From positions 1,798,001 through 1,860,000 of the forward strand of contig NC_092705.1 of the NCBI RefSeq assembly GCF_964275005.1: a stretch of 62,000 bases of DNA, given 5' to 3'. Shown here in pieces: positions 54,389 through 62,000 of this stretch. The first letter of the stretch is position 1, and every line of letters starts with the position of its first letter. Position numbers and translations under genes: made by a program. The notes under the pieces are model-generated. The model had not been told where the DNA came from. It ran no database searches and worked only from the letters and a program-made list of their open reading frames with translations. Source of the stretch: Diadema setosum. Lineage: Eukaryota.

Positions 54389-54789
54389 GGGGGGGGGGGG
54401 CATTGAGTTATTGGTATCACATTGTACAGCTTGATCTCCTCTACATCATGGTGTCAATTTCAAATTACTTTGATTTTCAGTAAAATGTTAAAAATAAAAA
54501 CCACAAGGGTTATATGCTATCCAATACTTGGAACAATGCCTATGAAACTACCCACTTCTGATTAAGTGAATTTTATTTCACAAAAACTCTGTTTCTTTTC
54601 TTATTTATGCTCAAATCTCAGAATGCCATAATGCCCTTATGATTCTCAGCTAATGAAATATTTCCCGAGTGCTTTTTTCCCGAGTGCTGTTTTCCTGAGT
54701 GCTGTTTGGAACTTTCCTGATTTTGAGGTGCGAATGTGGGTTGCCCTGTCCCCATCTATATTCATTCCTCATTATCTTCCCTTTTTCTT

Positions 54790-55657
54790 CATCCACCATG
54801 CTACACCCCCAGCACTGAGGAGATAAACTTCTCCCATCCTCCCACCATCATCCTCCTCCTCCCCCTCCTCTTCATCCTCCTGTACCAACCAATGATTAAT
54901 TCAGACCTCTCCCCCTTTTCCCTCCTCCACTATGTGATGCCCCCAGGACTGAGGGGGTAATCTTTCCCCATCCTCCCTCCATCATCCCCATCTCCCCCTC
55001 CCCTCCTCCTGTACCAACCAATGATTAATTCAGCCCACTCCCCTTCTTCCTCCTCCACTGTGTGATGCCCCCAGAACTGAGGGGGTAAACTTTCTCCATC
55101 CTTCCTCCACCATCCCCATCTTCCCCCTCCTCTTCCCATCTTCCTCCTTCACTATGTGATGCCCCCAGACCTGAGGAGGTAAACTTTCTCCATCCTTCCT
55201 CAATCATCCCCATCTTCCCCTTCCTCCTCCTCCTCTTCATGCTCCTGTACCAACCAATGATTAATTCAGACCTCTCCCCTTCTTCTTCCTCCACCATGCT
55301 ATGCCCCCAGAACTGAGGGGGTAAACTTTTTCCATCCTTCCTCCATCATCCCCATCTCTCCCCCCCCTCCTCTTGTACCAACCAATGATTAATTCAGACC
55401 TCTTCCCATCTTCCTCCACCACTATGTGATGCCCCCAGAACTGAGGGGGTAAACTCGCCCCATCCTTCCTCCATCATCCCCATCTCCCCCCTCCTCTTGT
55501 ACCAACCAATGATTAATTCAGCCCACTCCCCTTCTTCTTCTTCCACCATGCTATGACCCCAGAACTGAGGGGATCATCTTTCCCCATCCTCCCTCCACCA
55601 TCCTCATCGCCTCCTCCTCCTCCTGTTCCTGTAACAAGCAATGATTAATTCAGACCC
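54790..55657. repeat. Pyrimidine-rich minisatellite, about 7 units of ~125 bp
   Basis: (A/C)CTGAGG recurs 7 times. The motif CAATGATTAATTCAG, usually preceded by TGTACCAAC, recurs 6 times (TGATTAAT at 54893, 55022, 55258, 55386, 55510, 55642); one unit lacks it. Confidence 0.9.
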
Positions 55658-56471
55658 TGAACGTCAGGCAGGCATGCCTAGGCGCACACTCCGTCTACTC
55701 TGATGAATTAGTGTAATGAACGCAGGCGGCCTTGTCACAAAACTTCCTAACACCTATCACGGAAACCTCTCTTGCAACGTTTCCAAACTACTCGCCCAAT
55801 TAAGGGGGAAGGAATCGTCTGAGCTGCACTATCTCTCTTTCATAATTACTTTGTAGCTTTTCACTCCGATTTCATTCAAAATATTCTTTTGTGCGCATGT
55901 AGTTAACTTCCCCTGCATAACCCACTCATCAGATACTATGTACATAAAGATATGTGCATTTGATTCAATAGATAGATAGATCGAAAGAATGACAGATAGA
56001 AAGATAGAATAGATAGAAAGATGAATCAATAGAGATACAAGTCCATCACTAACAAAAAAAAAAATGAAGGCTTGGATATTAATATTACACTCAAGGAACA
56101 GCCACCAATAACCTACACTCGTGACATACTGCCTAATGAGATCAGGTTAATGAGGGGTAGGAGGGCAAAATTGTAATTGGATCCCAACATTTTCAAACAT
56201 CAATGTGATTGCAGGGTATGAAGTAATCACATTAAAGACCTCTCACTTCATTCTAGACATGGATTTAGGACAGGGTTTGTGTCGTTGTTTTTTTCCTTTA
56301 TATCCTTCCTTGCCAACATCCCAACTTTCTGAGATTTATCACATTAGAGATGCATGCTACTGATTTCTACTTCCTCCTCCTTAGATATATTCTAAATGTG
56401 CTTACTTAAAAACAAACAAACAAACATATTTTCCCCAAATGTAGCAGCATGTTCCATACTTGATTGACTAT

Positions 56472-57049
56472 GACCCAGTTTACAGTGCGAGGCTCGGCCG
56501 CGGCCGAGCCGCGGCCGAGCCCAGCCCCGCTTCAGTGTAAACGCGCAAAAGGCCAAATGCGAGGCCAAAATTGGCCTCGCATTTGGCCTCGCTCTGAAGG
56601 TGGTCTCGGCCGTGGCCGAGCCGCGGCCGAGCCCCGCCTCTTCTTGGTGTAAACGCAAACTGGGCCAAATGCGCGGCCAATTTTAGTCTGGCTTCCAGAC
56701 CCTCTGCCCGTACTATTTCGCTAATCACGATATAAACTCCCTCAACGTGGAAAACTAGTATAGTTTAAGGTGGTTTTGTCCTGCAAAGGATTTTTCCTTC
56801 GGCGAAGGCCTTTGCCCGAACGGCGACTTCGTCGCCACGGAATCCAGCTGGCAAAGGGTCTGAAAACCAGACTATACCAAATTGCGTTTGTTTACAAGCA
56901 GAGCGCCACTACGACAAAATATTGAAAGGTTTGAATTAAAAGCGTGGCCGAGCCCAGCAGTGTAAACGGACAAAATTGCGAGGCTCGGCCGCGCAATTGA
57001 GGCTGGGCTCGGCCGCGGCCGAGACCGGCCCCGCACTGTAAACGGGGTC
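56472..57049. mobile_element. GC-rich TIR MITE with 3-bp TSD (Harbinger-like) hosting a nested element
   Basis: TAT|GACCCAGTTTACAGTGCG ... CGCACTGTAAACGGGGTC|TAT. Internal GGCTCGGCCGCGGCCGAG palindromes and repeated GTGTAAACG. Confidence 0.8.
56684..56874. mobile_element. 191-bp nested MITE with TAG...CTA termini (Academ-like)
   Basis: TAGTCTGGCTTCCAGACCCTCTGCC / GGCAAAGGGTCTGAAAACCAGACTA. Flanks GGCCAATTT vs TACCAAATT (6/9 identical, possible decayed 9-bp TSD). Confidence 0.7.
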
Positions 57050-57143
57050 TATAATACACATTGCCAAACTTGGAGGTTCTACATGAGAACTTCAAACTGG
57101 AATCATATTGGCAGTTTCTAAGCAAAAATTCTGTTTCAATCTG

Positions 57144-57282
57144 GGGGGCATTTCATGAAGCATTTTGGTCGGATATTTTTCTGACAAACTGTTACAAGCT
57201 ACTGAAATCCTTGTATCTGATTGGCTGAGGGCAAATTTGTCCGACAAGTTTGTCGGATGAAATGCTTCATGAAATGCCCCCC
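57144..57282. mobile_element. ~140-bp Harbinger-like MITE
   Basis: GGGGGCATTTCATGAAGCATTT ... AAATGCTTCATGAAATGCCCCC perfect inverted ends; right end runs into a C homopolymer. Confidence 0.8.
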
Positions 57283-58870
57283 CCCCCCCCCCCCCCCCTG
57301 AATGATTTCTGGAGCTGATAAATCTCGGGGGGGGGGGGGGGAACCATCATACTTCACAGGACAGCTTGGAGAGGAAATCCGATTGAGAGTTAAAGATTGA
57401 AAGGATGTTATCTCAATGAATATAAGGATGAATCAATCTGGGTACATCCCTTATTATGTGGGCAACCAAATCAAGATGGGATTGTGAAAGTACAGCAGAC
57501 GAAGAAGTTTGCTCAAATGTACATACAGAAAATCATGTATGTGGGACATGGAAAATCACTCGCCTTCTGGTGCCCGACTATCAAAATTTAAGTGTGTAAG
57601 AGATTTTCATGACATGAACCATTTTAACAAACATAATGTACGGGTGTAAGCTGCTGTCTTCAATGATTACAGAAACAAACAAAGCCTGAGAAATGATGCT
57701 TCTGGGTCACCCCCCCCCCAAAAAAAAAAAAAGAAGAAAGAAATTAAAATCAGACTTTATAAGATTATACATCAACAAAAAGCATATTGATTACAATGGG
57801 ATACACTTTCTAATATCATAAAATTGCAGCAGCAACATAAGGGCTAGATACAGTACGCGCAATAAGAAACGCCTCCGTCAATTTCGTTTTCCAACGAAAG
57901 TTCGTTATCGATCGAGTAGCAACGAAATCTGGACGAAATTTGGACGAAATTTCGTTATCGATCCATTAGCAACGATTCTGACGCTTTGTGGACGCTTTGT
58001 GGACGCATTTCACGCACGACCGCCCGCTCAATTCCGTTCGGCAAATGCGTTGCTCGTTCGGAAAATGCGTGTTCGGAGCTCGGCAGTTTCGTCCAAATTT
58101 CGTTAGAAGCGTCCGTGATCCAAGGCGCACATGGAATACAGTACACATGTGAATCACTGCAAGATTAGACTCAACAAGTAGCACAGCGGTCGGGAATGAG
58201 AACAGTAGACAGGCGTGGAATTCACCTGATACACATAATCATATTAAAAATGGTAACATGTATACATATATCGATGCCGTTTTCATTGAAGCAATTTGTA
58301 AAAGTTTTAGTTTCCCTTACCCTAGCTGTAAGTACGGCACCGTTAGCAGATTATTCACTGCATTTAGTGAAAGTCACCTGATACATCACATGGTGGTATG
58401 CGGGCTGCATGTAACCAGGGAATGTGCACGTATGGGAAAGGCGAGTGCGCCGTATGTGCGTCGCCATTGCTATGGCATGGCTCGCTCGGCTGAACAAAAC
58501 AGAGATGTTATACGATGTAGTAGTTCACGTGTTTTGTTTTGTTTTTTACAAGCAGAAAATAAACAACTGTTGATCATGAAATAGACTAAATTACCAATCA
58601 GAGATCATTCGGGTTCATAGTATTTAAGAGAAATCACGCAATTTTGGCGAGGGTGAACCCACAGGAACCCACAGGAACCTTATCGTAGAATGCCGACCAA
58701 AAAGAAAATGGTTTCACTAAAATTGCGTGTACGTAAAATCCATTTGAGTATAGAAAGAAAATTAACCCCCAAAAAGAGGAAAAAAGAAATTAGAAGGATT
58801 TGTTCGCCGTTATTTGGTCATTAATACTTCAGCAATTGCGCGTTACATTGCCCGTTTTTTTTATTGAATC

Positions 58871-59039
58871 GGGGCCCTGTTGCATAAAACCCTTACCGCT
58901 GGACTTACCGCTCCTTTCTAGCGGTAATTTTTCAAATCAGCGGTAAATTTTGTAATCCTTGATGCTGATTGGCTGTGATGCCTAATTTTGACGGTAGTTA
59001 CCATTGAAATTCAATGGTAAGTTTTATGCAACGGGCCCC
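58871..59039. mobile_element. ~170-bp Harbinger-like MITE
   Basis: GGGGCCC(T)GTTGCATAAAAC ... GTTTTATGCAACGGGCCCC. Shares an internal AATCCTTG..CTGATTGGCTG motif with 57144-57282. Confidence 0.75.
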
Positions 59040-59057
59040 AGAAAAGCAAAAAAAAAA

Positions 59058-59089
<32 letters not shown>

Positions 59090-59094
<5 letters not shown>

Positions 59095-60660
59095 CAAAAC
59101 AAGACAATACGTTTAATTCTTAGTTTGATATCGTTTATTTCTTTATTGGACAGAGAGATAATTCAGACGGTACGTGGAATTTTCAAAGCGACTAATTCAG
59201 ACTGATTCTTAGTTTGACTTGGCTCTTTCTTTCTTTCTTTCTTTCTTTTTTTTTTGGGGGGGGGGTGGGGGTTGAGGGTCATGTTCGTTGTACCCATGCA
59301 CCCATAAGGTTCGTTAGTACGAAAATGAAACATTCAGATACACGCGACTTCCCTACACGAAAAATAGATGTTCGTAAATGTGATAGTCAAATTATGATTC
59401 ATAATCCGAAAATGCACGAATGTTTGTGATTGGATAGGTGCGTTATTGTCGGATTAGCAAACCTTCGGAGTACTGTAGTATCGAGCCTGTTGTATTCACG
59501 GATAAACGAACTTTTGGAATAATGAATTTTATATTCAGAGCAAGACAATAAGTTTAATTCTTATTATAGTTTGACATCGTTTATTTCCTAGTTGTGAAGC
59601 GGGAAGCGAGAGATAATTCTGTAAAGAAGTATACAGACGGAACATGAAATATTCAAAGCAGCTATGAGATTAAATCTTAAGTTGTTTATTTGTTTGTTTG
59701 CTTGCTTGTTTGTTGTTATGCTCAAGTGTTGGTGTAATCATATATACATTTTTTTTTTTTTTTTTTTTTAGGGGGGAGGCATTTTTGTAGTACCCACTGC
59801 ACGTAAAGTTCGCTGATGCGAAAGTGATAAAATGTTCCGTAACACGCAAATTCCCTACACCATTAATGTTCGTACCTAGTGTGAAAATAAAATGTATTAC
59901 TATTATTATTTTTTTCCCCATTGTTCGATTAGCAAACCTTCGGAGTGTCAATCCTTTCGTTTTCGGATAAACGAACTTCCTTAACTCACAAAACCACTTT
60001 CAGAGTAACAAACTAGTCATTATTTTATTCGGGCATTGAGAATACACGTAGTTCAGGAAAATCTTTAAGGCAAGAATTACGATGGATTCTTAGTTTGAAA
60101 TCATTTTATTGATTTCCGTGGTGTTCATTATTCCGAAAAAGAAAACGGGTGCGCTATTCCGATGGTTACGGCGTTATTTCGAATCCGAAACACGCATATT
60201 CCTTGTGCCTATCCATGTTTGTTGATTCGAAAATGTAATCATGCTGCGGGTAATTGCTATAGGGCCATATATTGTTTTATTTCTGTCTATTGTTATATTA
60301 TTATTATTATTATTATTATTATTATCATTATTATTATTATTATTATTATCGTCTTTAACATTAACCAATATTTTGATTAACGAGCATTTTGTTGGCTGTT
60401 TTTTGTTTTTTGTTTGTTTGTTTTTTTTTGGGGGGGGGGCATTGCCTGATTAGCAAACCTTCGGAGTGTCAATCCTTTTGTTTTCGGATGAACGAACTTC
60501 CTTTCCTCAGACGAAGAAATCAGAGTAACAAACTAGTCATTATTTTATTCGGGCATTGGGAATAGTTCAGGAAAGAAATAGAAGGGAGGAATCCGAAACA
60601 CGCATATTCCGTGTGCTTATTTATACGTCATGTTTATTGATATGCTGCGGCTAAGGGCCT
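59090..60660. repeat. Degenerate long-period (~410-520 bp) tandem/duplicated array
   Basis: GATTAGCAAACCTTCGGAGT at 59452, 59927 and 60448 (the last two stay similar for ~110 bp). CAAGACAATA..GTTTAATTCTTA at ~59100 and ~59540. GAATCCGAAACACGCATATTCC at 60181 and 60589. Includes (TTA)n at ~60297-60350. Confidence 0.75.
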
Positions 60661-60892
60661 ATTGGAGGTCGTTATACCTCTCGTTTGGTGTACGATTTCT
60701 TTCGTTTCATATCACTTTATTTGTTCCCTTCATATTCTTAATCTAAATGTAATTCTTTCAATTGCCTCGCACTGTGTACATGCATTTTCGTAACGGCGAT
60801 TTCCCGCTTTGCTGCAGTATTTCGAAGGGTGTTTGATGCCAGCCGCTTCGGCGTGCTCTGTGGTAATGTTTATGTAGTTGTCGGGGAGGTTG

Positions 60893-60928
60893 TTGATACC
60901 ATGGACCTACGTAGGTCCATGTTGATAC
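60893..60928. mobile_element. 22-bp perfect palindrome between 7-bp direct repeats: minimal P-type element or excision footprint
   Basis: TTGATAC|CATGGACCTAC-GTAGGTCCATG|TTGATAC. Confidence 0.65.
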
Positions 60929-60958
60929 TTTGTCTGTTGACATTTATTTTCGTACAGG

Positions 60959-61111
60959 CAGGGGCGGATCCAGGAATTCTGTACAGGAGGGGGGAGGGGC
61001 GCAACTAATATTTCTGGTGCCACTTCCGGGTTTCACTTCTATTTTTTTTTTTTTTTTCACGATAAATAAATGGGGCGTGCGCCTCATGCGCCCCCTCTGG
61101 ATCTGCCACTG
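60959..61111. mobile_element. ~150-bp hAT-like MITE
   Basis: CAGGGGCGGATCCAG ... CTGGATCTGCCACTG inverted ends. No intact TSD. Confidence 0.6.
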
Positions 61112-61346
61112 CTACGTGTTTATCTCGAGTGATGGTGATCGTGTTTCTAAATGTTTATAAAAAAAGGACATTATCTGAGTGATGCCTGATGATAGTGCAG
61201 GTGATGATAATCAACGATGCTGATGTAAAAGACGGCTTGCTGTGGATGCTGAGCGTTTATACGTGCCCTTCGTTTATTTAAATAAGTTTTCCCTCTTTTA
61301 CTCTTCTTTCCCCTCCCAAGAATGATAAAAAAAGAAAATACTGTAC

Positions 61347-61411
61347 CTACACCTCACAACAAAAGGAACCACGTGTGAACAACCATCGTTAAGTTCAATC
61401 GAAACGTTCAT
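61347..61411 (-). CDS. TSC22D: Candidate distal alternative first coding exon of the TSC22D gene (21 codons + 2 nt)
   Basis: ATA ATG at 61411. Encodes MNVSIELNDGCSHVVPFVVRC, then AG|GTACAG donor. 65 nt = phase 2. Lies in a CpG-rich patch (about 61350-61740). Donor is only moderate. Confidence 0.35.
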
Positions 61412-62000
61412 TATTAGCAAAGAATAAGGGGAAAACACGAGTGACGGAAAATGATAGAAGCGACGAGATTGTCTTCTTGTGTATAATACGGTCTCTTGGG
61501 ATTCGAAAAACCCCACCCTCGGATCCCTTTGTGGAAATTTCCACAAAACCAGGTGCGTGCCAGACCCCAGGTGCCAGACGAAAGAATGCGCGCACTGGTG
61601 TATAGCAGGGAGGTGTAGTATATCGATCGAAGAACTCGCTGGTGAGTTGAGTTAAAGGAATCATTGCAAAGATGTTCTGATTCTTTCGCCTTTCTTTAGG
61701 CGCATACATCGAACAGTCGATTATTGCGTACTTGATCTAAGTACAATGTATTTATATGTTCCCAAGCTGTAAAAAGGAATTGATTAATCACTCAAAAATG
61801 CAATCACAGATTATGAAAGGTCTCATATGCCTAGACAAATTCACTGAGATGTCCTATGTGAGATGCAGCCACCACCCGATTAAACAGCAAAATCATGACA
61901 GTAAAATTTCACGCTCACCAAAACTGCCTATTACTTTTCATATGAATTTTGGTTATCAACACTCGTTCGTGGATTTGTTTGTTTGCATGTTTTGTGTGTA

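Noticed and set aside
55670..55679. p53 half-site AGGCATGCCT
   Set aside because: Single decamer with no adjacent second half-site.
57851..58850. TA-CAGTACGCGCAATA start with ACGAAA/TTCG repeats, possible Tc1/mariner-type element
   Set aside because: Only a weak candidate right end (ATTGCGCGTTAC, ~58835) and no transposase ORF. Probably repeat-derived, but boundaries cannot be supported.
59090..60660. Regularly recurring 20-mer GATTAGCAAACCTTCGGAGT as a CRISPR-like array
   Set aside because: Spacing is ~500 bp, the intervening sequences are themselves homologous, there are no cas genes and the context is eukaryotic. It is a degenerate tandem repeat.

Overview
AT-rich (roughly 37% GC by eye), repeat-laden animal genomic DNA. 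The repeat families, including a Deu/Nin-domain SINE, suggest an invertebrate deuterostome such as a sea urchin (inference). The window appears to be mostly intronic/5' sequence of one minus-strand TSC22-domain gene (TSC22D/GILZ/bunched family). The anchor is a 49-nt exon at 4542-4590 encoding (S)TSPAGGAIDNKIEQAM between canonical splice sites. The next exon (DLVKSHLM..., leucine zipper) and any long-isoform first exon are not in the window. Several short ATG-initiated minus-strand segments end at GT donors in phase 2, the phase needed to join the 49-nt exon: 25203-25348 (best), 17649-17707, 61347-61411 and 17164-17285 (weak). There is also an in-frame 5' extension of the shared exon from ATG 4727. 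Together these suggest a multi-promoter gene with interchangeable N-termini. The rest is non-autonomous transposons (Helentron/HINE-like, Kolobok-like, piggyBac-like, Harbinger-like, P-like, 6-bp-TSD elements, two nested insertions), a truncated SINE, mini- and microsatellites, and candidate CRE, kB, Forkhead and RFX sites. No prokaryotic-type system, CRISPR array, transposase ORF or structural RNA gene is supported. Almost all ORFs in the supplied track look spurious.
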